This document shows, piece after piece, positions 51,064 through 64,000 of a stretch of DNA of 64,000 bases (its first letter is position 1; every line of letters begins with the position of its first letter). The DNA is from Octopus vulgaris (Eukaryota): NCBI GenBank assembly GCA_951406725.2, contig OX597829.1:5828001-5892000 (forward strand), in the 5' to 3' direction. The translations under genes and the position numbers were made by a program. The notes under the pieces are model-generated. The model did not search any database. It was not told the DNA's origin and saw only the letters and a program-made list of their open reading frames with translations.

Positions 51064-52068
51064 TACTACTCGAATGCTATACTTCAGAAAGACCTTTATC
51101 ATTCAAGAATCTTAAAAATTGGGGAATTGTGTGTGTGCGTGTGTCTCATCCATCACATCTTGACAACCGTTCTTTACGTCCTCGTAACCCTAGCAGTTCG
51201 GCAAAAAATGTCCGATAGCATAAATTACAAAAGAGGCTGATAGAATAAGTACTAGGGTCAATTTTTTCCACTAAATACCCGTCAAAGCGGTGCTCCATCA
51301 TGGCCGCAGTTTACTGACTGAAGTATGTATAAAATTTAAGGTATTATATATATATTTTACTTTGTCTTCTACGTCTAAAATATGAACGATTTTCTCACAG
51401 GCAAATATATATATGCTTGCACAGGCAAAATGTCGGATGAAGTTTTCATTTCATAAAATAGTTCCCTAATTTTCGGGTTGTAATTCCAGTAAGCCATGAT
51501 GTCAGTCCGCAAGCCATACCTAGCGATTAAAATTTTGAATTCTTGTAGTAGTGCAGCTTGCTTCCTAAAAATATTATCCATGCCCGCTTTATGTGGTCTC
51601 TCAAATTGCTGAAAATTGTAGCTAAGTTTTCTTCACATTACATTCTAGTCTCTTAAATAAAGCAAAAGCTATGTCGGGTGGTGTAAACCTTAGACACACA
51701 GAAATCGATGTGTTCTACGAAAGATATGAACTTAGTAAAAGGAATATGTAGTTATATTCAATGAATAGAATTTTCTTCAAAAAATTAAGGAATTGTCAGA
51801 TGTGATAGATCTTCATTAAAAGTATTCTGCACTAAAATAAATACATTTTGCTGTACCTATTTAGGTTGCTTTGCGTTCTAACCTACTTAAACCTCTTCAG
51901 CTATGTCTGTGGGATACATAAAAAGAAATTGCAGTCTTTTCTTCTTTGCGTTTCAACGTTATACCATTTATGTAAGGTAAATCGGACAACGACTAAATAG
52001 CATCCAATGCATATTACTCTTGCTGGTGTTTAGCTCCAAGACTGCACTAACCGAGTAGACATACCCCC

Positions 52069-52484
52069 AGAGGCGCAGGCGGGGCTGTGTTGTAAGAAGT
52101 TTACTTCCCAGCTCTATGGTTCTGGGTTCAGTCCCACAGCGTGGCACCTTGGATATATGCCTTCTATTATAGCCTCGGGTCGACCAAAGTCTTGTGAGTG
52201 GATTTGGTAGATAGTAACTGAAAGAAAACCACCCTCTGTGTGTTTGTGTGTGTATGTGTATTTTCGTGTGGTGTGTGTGTGTGTGTGTGTTTTCCACCAC
52301 AGCTTGACAATCGATGTTGCTCTGTTTGCGTCTCTGTAACTTAGCGATCCCACTAAAAAAGACCCGATAGAATAAGTGTCACATTTTAAGGAAAAAAATG
52401 AACGGGGGTCCAGTCGATCGGCTAAGATCTTCCAAGGCGGTGTTTCAGTATGGCTGCAGTTTGATGACTGAAACAAGTAAAAGG
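52069..52484 (+). mobile_element. SINE family A
   Basis: aggcgcaggcggggctgtgttgtaag...gggttcagtccc...gtgagtggatttggtag...gactgaaacaagtaaaagg. Confidence 0.85.
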
Positions 52485-52508
52485 CATATATATATATATA
52501 TATATATA

Positions 52509-52639
52509 CCGGAGTAAGAACATAAATGTGAAACAAGGTGGAAAAAAGAGTACTCAAATAACAAAGGTAGAGTAATATGGTGTCCGACGAACGGGAACGT
52601 GAAATTGAGTAACAGCTTTTGTTATATTTCTGCTGCTTT

Positions 52640-52643
<4 letters not shown>
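52509..52643 (+). mobile_element. Second copy of the H5 hammerhead-bearing element between (TA)n tracts
   Basis: 52509-52578 is the reverse complement of ~46478-46547. Then tgt CCGACGA ACG ggaa CGT GAAA ttgag TA acagcttttgtta (core 52584-52611). The 5' arm of stem I is deleted. Confidence 0.75.
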
Positions 52644-52688
<45 letters not shown>

Positions 52689-52689
52689 T

Positions 52690-52729
<40 letters not shown>

Positions 52730-52735
<6 letters not shown>

Positions 52736-52780
52736 CATATCTGTCATATATATATATATATATATATATTTACATATCTG

Positions 52781-52833
<53 letters not shown>

Positions 52834-52892
52834 CATATATACATATCTGTCATATATATATATATATACATATATATATACATATCTGTCAT
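52730..52892 (+). repeat. Four copies of tacatatctgtcat separated by variable (TA)n
   Basis: Motif at ~52734, 52771, 52840 and 52879, at the tail end of a minus-strand SINE B. Confidence 0.8.
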
Positions 52893-53068
52893 TTTGGAGG
52901 AGTTAAAATTAATTAGACTGACTCCCAGTGTTCAACTGTTATTTTACGGCTCCCAGAAGAATAAAAGGTAAAGTCAACCTTGGCGGAATTCAAGCCCAGA
53001 ACGTAAAGAGCCAGAAAAAATGCTGCTAAGCAGTTTTGCTCTAATGGTTCTGCCAGCCCGCGACTTTA
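52892..53068 (-). mobile_element. SINE family B
   Basis: cccagtgttcaactg...aaagtcaaccttggcggaattc...ttctgccagcccgcgacttt. Confidence 0.7.
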
Positions 53069-53145
53069 ATAGCAAGAATGATGCTTGTAGTAGTAGTGGT
53101 GGTGATGGTATTATTAATATTATTAGTATATTATTATTATTATTA

Positions 53146-53228
<83 letters not shown>

Positions 53229-54098
53229 ATATACAACATTATGTTCACAGTGATAAAGATATATATTGGCGTATATGAACAAGGTCATTGTAATTGACAA
53301 AGCAATAGCGATACTAAGTTTTTATCATTTTTCTCAGTTCAAATATCTAGCAACATGTTTTAGTATCAGGTCTGACTTTGTAAGATTTATGATCAAACAT
53401 TTTCAAAACATGATCGTTCTTTATTTTGTGTTCCTAGTGCTATATTATCTTTATTTAATATTTCTATCAAATTTTTAAGCCGTTCATCATAGTCTATAAG
53501 ACTGACAGATGCTATCCGGAGTATATTTTAAAGGATATTTGGTTGCTATTTCTTGCATCAAAAGCACCGTTACCGTGAAAAGGCACCGTTACTACCTTAT
53601 GTGTTAATTAGTGTATTGTTTCTGAAAATAAAAAAAAAAAAAAAAGGAAAAGTCTAGAAAGAAATATTTAATCTGCTTTAAATTCGAATTACGTTTTTAT
53701 CCTGTTTACAGTAGAACCGCAGAAAATTGAACCAATGCAAATTGGATCTCGTATAAAATGGATTCTACCCCAAATTACTCGTGCCATTCCCTGCTTGTAG
53801 AAGCCAAATGACCGAGCTATTATGGTATTATTGCATTATATTACCAGCTCCATCGTAGGTTTTCGTTTAAAAATTGAACTCGAAGTAACAGCTCTTGGGT
53901 TTAGAGTGACAGATAATATTTCGTTCTGGTGTTAGATTTCGTAGTGAATCTTCTGAGAATGTTACCTTAAGATAAACTGGCAACATAGCCAGGAATGATT
54001 TATCTTCCGTTTTCTTAATACCACGAAACCGCTGGATTTAAGTACTGACATACAAAAAACATCTATAGTACAATGAGCAAATTTGGAGAAATATAAGA

Positions 54099-54186
<88 letters not shown>

Positions 54187-54281
54187 CAAAAGGGCATTTG
54201 TGAGGCGCGAAAGGTGATCAAAAATCGGGATCTCTAGCGGGATCTTTTAAAGCAGTAAATGCCCATCTGTTTTCTGCTTAA

Positions 54282-54325
<44 letters not shown>

Positions 54326-54359
54326 AATACATTTTTATTATCAAAACACAATGATTGGG

Positions 54360-54538
54360 GTTGCCCGCTAAAATGTTCTGATCCCAATTTTGGCCGTGGT
54401 TGAGTTGAACTTTCATCCTTTGCATTTCATCCTTCCTGGGTCAATGAAGTAAGTGCCAATTATGTCTTGGAGTCAATGTAATCGACTTCTCCTCTCCTGA
54501 AAAACTGCTGACCTTGTGCCAAAATTTGAAAGCATTAT
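54360..54538 (+). mobile_element. Degenerate SINE family B
   Basis: tttcatccttcctgggtcaatgaagtaagtgcc...gtcaatgtaatcgact...gaccttgtgccaaaatttgaaa. Confidence 0.65.
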
Positions 54539-56308
54539 TAATGCAAACTCGGAAGCCAAAAGTCCATACAGAAATGTTGCGTGGAGCGCCTTTGATCCTA
54601 AGTCAACTCGTTGTGGACAAAACCTGGGTTTACATAACATGGAGCAATTAAATGTGTGGCTTAGGTGTTTCAGCTAGAACAACGACAGACAGTTTAAAAG
54701 TTATTAATCTGTCATTTATATTTCAGATGATAGAAATTTCCTTCATTACTTCAGCTCTAATTGTCAATGTAATAAACATAAAAAGACATTCAACATCGAT
54801 TGGGACTCATTTATCTCGTGCACAATTAGAGCATGTGTATCATCCGCTCTTCTAGCTAGAAAATACCATCAATATCCAATTTAAATCACACTCTATTGTT
54901 TAAGCAAACGGCCTTTTTAGCATTGTATTTCTAACTATACAAAAGACAAAAAAGGCACAGATCTATTAGAAAAAACGGAAAAAAATACATGATAAGATGG
55001 TACATACGATGTCAGACTGACATCACGTGTATTATCGATTAAAGCGGGAATGGTCACGAATGTTTCACAATTTACAGGGTAACAGTGACACACCCAAAGT
55101 ACGTGGAAACCTGTTTTTATTTCTTGTTTTTGTTTTTATATTTTTATAGATCGCGGGTAAAATAAATACCGACATACACATACCCACTTGAAAACATGCA
55201 AGGAACAGTTATATGTTTTCATTTATATGTATACTTTATATGTATACTTTGTTTTGCAAGGGATAGAATTCTCTTAATACTCTGTAAAATGTCATTGTGT
55301 AAAAATAGATAATAATCAAGTTATTTTTAATGATTATGCTGATGATGTTAGTCATTACGATTTCTTAAACAAGCATAGTGCCTTAGGCAAATAGTTTCTT
55401 GTCTTACTGCAGTGTTTGCTTGCTTGAATCTTGCTATATTATGACGTTCTAATTGGAGGTTTCGTATGTGCAAATGATAATTTTATTAACATCTCCCTAA
55501 AGGAATACAGCTTGTATGTAAAGGAGTGAACTTTGATAGAGATGTAATAATGATGCTTGCTAGACTCTAGTTCAAATCTCTATGCAATTGCTTTCTTTGT
55601 ACCATCCATACCTCACAAATTGTCACAGGGTGGTCAATACAAAAAGGTTAGATGGAATATCAACGACAAAAGCTATATAACATACAAATATAATTTATAT
55701 TATAAGCAGGCGTGTGTGGATTTATGTTTGTGTGCATCCAGACACTCTATATTTGGTGTATGCTTATGAAGGTATTACTGATAATAATAACTTTTTCTTT
55801 TATGAATACGAGGACTCCAAATGCTAGTAACAGTGGATGGAAAAATATTAAAACGGTGCTAGAGCTAAGATCAAGCAAAAAGAAGGTTGAAAAACAACAG
55901 CAAAAAAAAAAAAATGCTAAAGCTTTAACTAAAATGTTAATGAGAAAATTGTATTAATATGGAGAGAGAAACTCCGATATCAAATCTTCAAATTTTCAGT
56001 TTCTACCGTTTTCTGTCGCGTATTCAGGGAATATAAGGTGTGTACGTGTGTGTGTGTGGGGGGTGGGGTGTCCTAGTCGGTGTTATTCACATAAATACTT
56101 ACCTGGTATTTTATTTTATTAACAGTAGCTAACCTCTTCGAAATATTAACTGAGAACCTGAAGTGCTGAAATTAATACCGCTCTTTTTCTATATAAAAGG
56201 AAGTGGATAGTCAATTCATTTGTTATGTGTTAGTAACTATGGCAATTACGATTATGATATAGGTAATGACTTTTTGACGACCATGATGTGACAATAGCAA
56301 TAACTTAC

Positions 56309-56381
56309 GGAATCCTTGGAGAAGGTCATATCGAACAAGAACCATGGTTGTTGCATTCGCCTGTCTCCGTATCACACACCA
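56309..56381 (-). other. Candidate spliced exon (73 nt) of an unidentified host gene
   Basis: Minus strand ccttcag|TGGTGT...ACAACCATGGTT...GGATTCC|gtaagt has a perfect donor and a plausible acceptor. Open frame WCVIRRQANATTMVLVRYDLLQGF, with an ACCATGG context. No homology recognised. Confidence 0.3.
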
Positions 56382-57749
56382 CTGAAGGTTTCGCAGTAAA
56401 GTGATTATGCTTAAAATCACTATAGCCTAGCTATGAAGAGCTGCGCCCACAATCTTGAAATTAATTCGTAAAGTCTAACAACGAAAAGAAAAGCTGCAAT
56501 TGAATATAGCAATAATTCTTCACATGATTCGATTTTATTAGACCTTCTCAGCGAAGTCTATTCTTACTCGTGAAGACAGATTTAACATACAATAGTATGA
56601 CACAGCATAAAGCTCGATAGAAATAAGTGATTGGGTAAATAATCATTATTCAATATTTATAACTTTAATTCCGCCTGACTGAAGTGAAAACACATAATCT
56701 AAAAGTCATTGACATAATCACCACTGTACGAACACCAACACTGTCCGTGTATATAATGTCTATTTTCACGGTCATTATAATAGCAGTAGTAGCAACAGCA
56801 ACAAACACAATAATATCAATAATGATTATAATTTGTGTAGAACCTAAAATTAGGTGGGAAGAATTAGTGGTAAAGAACCAGAAAAAATGTTACTCCAAAT
56901 ATTCTGCCTACCCACCAATCTGAAGCTTGGATGTGTGGTTATGAAGCACCTTTGGCAAAAAGATATTTCTGGTTCTCGGATTCTATTCCAGAGCGCTTAG
57001 GGCAAGTACGTACGCACAGACACACACATACACACAATCACAGACACACACACACACATCATTGCTAGAAACCTTTGATCATCGGTATGTTCATTTAGAG
57101 CTGGTCTATGTCTAAAAAAAGCAACAACAAAAAACAACGATAAGAAAAGGTGTACCGGTTGAGATGCTGCAATCAAAACGTGTTTGAATAAACTGAGGAC
57201 ATGAGCACTGCCAATCCATCTTAAAATTCTAGCATCGATAGTAGTTTTTGGGAAATAGGCCAATTGAGTATTGGACAGATGAATGAAGTTATTCGAAATA
57301 ACTTGTGTGAAAAGATAAAGCCAAAGGATTATTGGAAGCACGTGACTAGATAATAAATTCCAGTGTTGTGTAATTTTGTCAAAGGATTAGATCTTTGGAA
57401 TATAAACAGAATGAGAATATCGAACTGTGAGAATGCTTAGGTGTGTGTGTATGTATAAATATATGTGTCAACGTAAATATTTATATATATATATATAATA
57501 TACATGCACATATATATATGTATATATATGTGTGTGTATATAAATATACATACATACATACATACATATATACATACATATATACATACATATATACATA
57601 CGTACATACATATATATATATACATATATGCACATGTGCGCGTGTGTGTGTGAGTGTATATATATATATATATATATTCAGAAAGTGAAAGAGAGGGGTA
57701 TGGGAAAGACAATTTGTTGCATTTATATTCTTTTCCAAGTCAGATTTAT

Positions 57750-58050
57750 TTAGGGAGATCAGATTCACAGGAACGATCCATTATCTCAAATATAACATTC
57801 GTATAGCTTTCCCAGCCTGTCTCTTTGGTTTCAACGTCGATATTTCTTCGGCATTCTAGATGTGGTCATTCCATTTTGATTTTAGGATGCTTTGTAGGAC
57901 GGTTGTGTTGAATTTGTCTTCACTAGCTTATAAACAGAAAACGTTTTGCTAGCTTCATGTAGAGTAGATACATCTGAATTATGAGACACCTGTTTTTGTA
58001 TTAACAGACAGGACAGAAAAGAGACGGCGCACGTAGTGGAATAATGATTG
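57750..58050 (-). mobile_element. Highly degraded RTE-like LINE C-terminal fossil
   Basis: Minus-strand remnants VSTL.EASKT and KFNTTVLQSILKSKWNDHI*N.E resemble the RTE motifs STLLYGSETW and F..RCL..IL..KW.D.I.N.E. Confidence 0.4.
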
Positions 58051-59174
58051 GAGTAAAGATTTGACTATATAGGCTGTATTCATTTGAATAGGGACTTACT
58101 TCAATAATCCTTTAATGGGTTTAAATCACTACGCTCATATTGAAGTCTATAGAATTCCCAAGATTAGGGTTACTTTCTGCGTAGATAAGGTTGTATATAG
58201 CACTAAATAGGAAATTGTGGTATTTACTTAAATTTGTTTAGCTCTTCAATGATTTTCAAGAAAGCGGCTCATGTTCATGTCTAAAATAATATATCCACAA
58301 CGATTAGATGTCCAACTAAATATTTCACTCCCCAAACTCTTGTCTTCATTTTTTTCTATTTTCTTACCGGACTTACGCAAAGAACCAAATTATATACTAC
58401 GAAAAATAAGCTTAAAATGTCTGTTTCTAAATTCATGTCGTCAAGGTTCAATGTCCCATGTCGGTACATGAGGGAAACAGATACGTTCACAGTTTCCGGG
58501 AAGGAGAAAAAGCAATACTTTTCCAGTATTCATATGTATATAAACCCCACCTAACACACACACACACACACACACACATAATGGGTAGTCATTTGACTAC
58601 TGCATGTTGAAATATATAGGTTTTCTTTAGTCGAAGAACTTGACCCCAGGGCTTATTCTCTCTGTCTGTCTGTCTCTTTCTCTCTCCCTGTTTCTGTATA
58701 GCTAAACATATTAAATATTATATTATATCATGTGTGACTTTGCCAATAAACTAGTGTACTTGAAGAGATAAAAAAGAAGAAAAACAACATTGCGATATTT
58801 ATTATACCCGAGTTGTGCTCAAACAACCTTGTCTTCCTGCGCCTGTGATTGGCACCTGAGAATTCTATAATCAAGGACGTTTCACAAAGATATTATGAAT
58901 TCGGCAGCTATATCTGCCTTTCTTTAGCTTGAAATATAAATAATTCCTGCGGAGTATCTATCCTTATAGTCCAATAGTTTAATACATTAATCAGCTTATA
59001 AATTTAGGGGTATGGGGGAGAAAGCTAAAAAAAATGTATATGTAGTATATTTAAAATTGTTTTGGTGAATGTATTTTAACCTGCAAGCGTTTTCTCATCT
59101 GTTATTGATTTAATCTCACAATCATATTGCTAATGTCTTTTCACAATATGAGTTATAATGATTATTTTTTTTAC

Positions 59175-59420
59175 CATAGAAGCCATAATGTTTTGGGTGA
59201 TGGTCATAGCCAGTTCAATCAACTGTACACCAAAACTCCGTGTTCCAGTAAAAATATTTATAATGATAAATGAGAGTGTCTGTTTAAAAGCTGGCCGCAG
59301 ATTGTTTGGACAGATATTAGTGCCATATTTAAAGAACCCAACGAGTGATGATTCAATTAACAATTTTCGAGAGAAGTCTCTGATTATGGAGTTAATAAAA
59401 GACACAGTTTCAGGGGATCC
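59175..59420 (-). other. Candidate spliced exon (246 nt, phase 0-0) of an unidentified host gene
   Basis: Minus strand ttttctgttgtaaattcag|GGATCC...GCTTCTATG|gtaaaa. 82 stop-free codons in non-repetitive sequence, in frame with the candidate exon at 56381-56309. No homology recognised. Confidence 0.25.
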
Positions 59421-60236
59421 CTGAATTTACAACAGAAAACACAATCAGCCTAGTGACACATCAAACCATTGCATCAATTGTCTCACGGTATGAGATGTTC
59501 ATATCACGCGTTAAGATATCTAAACCACGCGCAAAAACGCGCGAGCGCGCGGGAACACCCACACAGAGATGCGTGCCCACCAGGACACACTGACTCCGTA
59601 ATATAAGTATATATGCATTCATCTTTATAAATACATATATATACGTGTGCGCGTGTATGCGTGTTTTGATATTAAATGTAAATATAGTACTGAGAACTTA
59701 ATGTGGCCAAACGAATACCATTGTATGTTTCACCAAAGAAAAGAGAGGTTATGATTACTTCTTCAGATAATTGACATTCCGATATAGCATACGAGAAATC
59801 CTCTCTCTCCGTTAACAACTAAAAACTTATTTGCTCCGCTAGCAATTCTAATGGACACCCCTTAGTCTAATAGACGTTAGCAGCCATGATTGCTGTGTTG
59901 CTTAGCTTAAAATTTAATAAATTTGAACCCAAGCGAAACGTATATGGCGACAATATGTAAGGCCACCCTAAGAAACTAAGATACAGAGTTCAATTGCAGG
60001 AAGGTAACGCTCTAATATTATTATCCAAAGAAAACCCAAAAAAAAAAAAAAGAAAGGAAAACTAATCTGGGCGTCCACCAACAAAGAGAAATTAAAACAA
60101 ATGTTACTCTCACACAAATACACATACATACAGACGCACACAAACACACATAGATACACACACTCACGGATAAAAATGAATACACAAACACACACATTAT
60201 ATGTATGCTTGTTTACGTGTATATTATTATATATAG

Positions 60237-60282
<46 letters not shown>

Positions 60283-60349
60283 CTTGTAAGTAGGTATGCA
60301 TATATGCATGCGTGTGCATGGGTGTGTATATACACACACATACACTTTA

Positions 60350-60697
60350 TTGCTTTACTTCTTTAAGTTATTTGAAGCGGCCATGCTGGAGCACCACCTT
60401 GAAGGGTTTAACCGAACAAGTTGGTCACAGGAGTTATGTTTTTAAGCATAGTACGGGGACATACACTAATAGCGGTGATGGGTAAACACACACACACGCA
60501 CACACACACACACGCACTCGTGCACACACATATGACAGGCTTCTTTCAGTTTATGTCTACCAAATCCACTCACAAGGCTTTGGTCGGCCTGAACCTATAG
60601 TAGAAGACACTTGCCTAAGCTGCTATGCATTGGGACTGAACCCGGAATCATGTGATTTGGAAGCAAGTGTCTTACCACTGAGCCACGCCTGCGCCTG
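60350..60697 (-). mobile_element. SINE family A (internally deleted)
   Basis: Reverse-complement match to 8365-8766. Confidence 0.8.
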
Positions 60698-61150
60698 TGT
60701 GTGTGTGTGTGTGCATGTGTGTGTGTATATATACATATATGTGTGTATGCATATGTATACACACATACATATATTGATTAGATTTATTAGAGAGTTGGCA
60801 CCTTTCACTTGGATTTTGTTCATTTCCTATCAAAAGTAAAAGAAAGAAAGAAAGAAAGAAACAAACAAACAAAAATGGCAAAATGGAGCATTCATATTTT
60901 AGTTCATAATAACACTAGAGGTTGTTCAAATTTTTTTGTTGAATACGTGATTGCAAGAACATAGTCTACGGGGAAACGACAAATTTAACAATATAGAATA
61001 CAACGATATTTGAGAATGCTTAACACTATATTGTTTCGAATAGGAATATTATATTTTAATAATGTTTGCTTGAAATAGAGAATAAAACTGGTGTTTTTAC
61101 AAATATAATGTTAATCTAGTGTGTATATATATATAATATATATATATATA

Positions 61151-61556
61151 CTCTTTTACTCTTTTACTTGTTTCAGTCATTTGACTGTGGCCATGCTGGA
61201 GCACAACCTTTAGTCGAGCAAATCGACCCCAGGACTTATTCTTTGTAAGCCTAGTACTTATTCTATCGGCTTTTTTTTGCCGAACCACTAAGTTACGGGG
61301 ACGTAAACACACCAGCATCGGTTGTCAAGCGACGTTGGGAGGACAAACACAGACACACAAACACATACACACACATATATATACATATATACGACGGGCT
61401 TCTTTCAGTTTCCGTCTACCAAATCCACTCACAAGGCTTTGGTTGGCCCGAGGCTATAGTAGAAGACACTTGCCCAAGGTGCCACGTAGTGGGACTGAAC
61501 CTGGAACCATGTGGTTCATAAGCAAGCTGCTTACCACACAGCCACTCCTACGCCTA
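61151..61556 (-). mobile_element. SINE family A, full length, young
   Basis: Near-colinear reverse complement of 8365-8766, including the (ctctttta)n tail and the head cttaccacacagccactcc. Confidence 0.9.
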
Positions 61557-61964
61557 TGTATATATATATTCTACATGTAATGTGAAGTTCGCATGTATAA
61601 ATCATCAAATGTAATTTACTCATTTCGTGTATAGGTCTCAATATTCCATCATTTGAGGCTAATAAAGTGCGACTAATATGCTGATGATGTCTCTTGAGAG
61701 AGAAACCCCAACACATAGTTGTTCTGTTGCCCTTCAGACGATCAGATAGTCTTTTTATAATGGCATGTCATTGATAGAAAACTGTTGGAACTTGAGATTA
61801 TCTCACCTTCTCATTTAGATTTGGTTCCAATTTGGTACTAACAAGCGATTGGTCTACCATCATACTACAAACATAGACAAATTCAATTAACAAAAATATT
61901 ATTTATGATGTTATTTAATATACCATTAGTAACGTCATTATTGTGCGTTTGTGTGTGGATATAT

Positions 61965-62120
61965 ACTCATTCTGAGTTCGAGTTCTGACGAGGTTGACTT
62001 CGCTTTTCATCCTTTCGGGTTTGATAAAAAAAACAAAAAAAACAATTGGGGACTTGAGTCGATGTAAACAACTCACGCCTTCTCCGAAACTAACGGCGGT
62101 GTGTCAAAATTCGAAATCAA
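61965..62120 (+). mobile_element. Degenerate SINE family B
   Basis: ttctgagttcgagttctgacgaggttgacttcgcttttcatcctttcggg...gtcgatgtaa...gtgtcaaaattcgaaa. Confidence 0.65.
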
Positions 62121-63019
62121 TATATGAACATACGCATTCAGATAAAAATGAATGTGTACGCGTCTAAATAAAATATGAATGAGTCTAATTATATCAAGAG
62201 ACAGAAAAAACAGACACACACACAAACACAGACACACTTACATATATACACGCACACATGTGTATGTATGTGTGTACGTTTAAAATATGTATAGGTAGAT
62301 TGCATATATATGTGTGTGGATGTATGTGTGTGTAAGTGTATGAATATGAGTATATATATGTGTCTATCTCTATAAATGAATATATGTGTGTGCGTATATA
62401 TATATATATACACATATATATAGGGAGAGGGGGAGAGAGAGATAGAGAGAGAAACAGAGAATATATATGTGTGTGTATATATATATATATATATATGAAA
62501 AGAAGAGATGAAGCAGAAAAAACAAAGTGGTTTTTTAACACATTTCATTAGCTTACAGCCGTTTCCGTTGTAAGGTGCAGTATACTCTTAGCTGCGTGAC
62601 TGAATAACATCCAATAACTTTTTCGAATCCTCAAATAAGAATCAATTTGGGTAAAAAGATTTAAATTTTTGCAATATACAAATAAATCATTAGCGGTGAG
62701 AATTTCAACGCTGATGTATAAGAAAAAGTGTGTCTCAGAGTATTATCCTTACATACCCCACTATATTCACCTAGCACTTTGTTCTGAAACATATTGTGTT
62801 CTACGGTTATTAGTTTCGCAACGCCTAAGCGAAATATTCATAAATACATCATGCATATATTTATATACATACATATATGTATATATATATATATATATTA
62901 ATTATTAAGTTCATAAGTATACGCATATAGTAAATGAATCTATAGATGTGCTTGAATATAATATGATGCAATAAGATCATATAAACATCATACAGGCAAA
63001 TATGCCTACATAGAGGCAT

Positions 63020-63065
<46 letters not shown>

Positions 63066-63173
63066 GTACATATTACATGTATGTATATATGTACATATAT
63101 ATAAATATATATATGTATATATATATACATACATATATATACATATATATATGTACATATATACATGCATGTA

Positions 63174-63239
<66 letters not shown>

Positions 63240-63304
63240 TGTGTGTCTGTGTGTATATATATATATGTTTTTTTATTATATATATATATATATATATACG
63301 CACA

Positions 63305-63479
63305 TAAGCATGGCTATGTGATTAGAAGTTCGCCTCACAAACATATGGTACCATGTTGGGCAAGTGCCTTCCACTAAAGCACTCCTACACACATATATGT
63401 ATATATACATGCATATATACACAGTCTTCGATATATACGTACATATATAAATATATACATATATATATATATCTATCTA

Positions 63480-63522
<43 letters not shown>

Positions 63523-63760
63523 GTTTGTACGTGCGTGCGTGTGTAATCTCTGTGATCGTCTTTGTCCCTCGCCAAAGCTTGACAGTGTGTGTGTTACCGT
63601 AACTTTGCTATACGGCGAAAATCCTCTGACAAAGCGTGTACTAGGCTTTAAAACAAAAATAAGTAGTGGAAACAATTTCTTCGACAAAGCACTTGAAGGC
63701 GGCATTTCAGCCTGGCCGCAGCCCAATGGGTGAGACAAATAAAAGGTAATTGGTAAAAGA
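63305..63760 (+). mobile_element. Degenerate SINE family A with expanded internal TA tract
   Basis: gcatggctatgtg...ttgggcaagtgcctt...cttgacag...cagcctggccgcagcccaatgggtgagacaaataaaag. Confidence 0.6.
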
Positions 63761-63807
63761 TACATGCACATTATTATCATTAAAGATTATATAAATTATA
63801 TATACAT

Positions 63808-63827
63808 ATAATAATAATAATAATAAT

Positions 63828-63901
<74 letters not shown>

Positions 63902-63906
63902 TGATA

Positions 63907-63962
<56 letters not shown>

Positions 63963-64000
63963 AATAATAATAATAATAATAATAATGATGATAATAATAA
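63808..64000. repeat. (TAA)n/(TGA)n microsatellite
   Basis: Direct reading. Confidence 0.95.

Overview
AT-rich, microsatellite-saturated eukaryotic DNA, intergenic or a long intron. The repeat landscape (tRNA-derived SINEs, R4/Dong, HERO, CR1, RTE and Penelope fossils, very abundant TA/CA/TACA/TAA repeats) is typical of a cephalopod (Octopus-like) genome; this assignment is inference. No recognisable host protein-coding gene, rRNA, bona fide tRNA or CRISPR array is present, and almost all entries in the ORF track are translations of simple repeats. The real coding remnants are retroelement fragments. The best preserved is a 5'-truncated R4/Dong LINE inserted in (TAA)n at 23.65-25.8 kb. The most interesting signal is a set of minimal type-I hammerhead-ribozyme motifs from at least five unrelated short elements sitting in (TA)n/(TAA)n tracts. 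They have palindromic stem III (dimer-type, as in Penelope-like elements), and several carry non-canonical catalytic cores (U4C, A6U, C3G). Other notable structures are a 19 x ~60-bp minisatellite born inside a SINE, a perfect 76-bp inverted duplication around a TA tract, a local templated copy of a LINE segment, and weak candidate minus-strand exons at 59.2-59.4 and 56.3 kb. Repeat boundaries were read by eye and are approximate.
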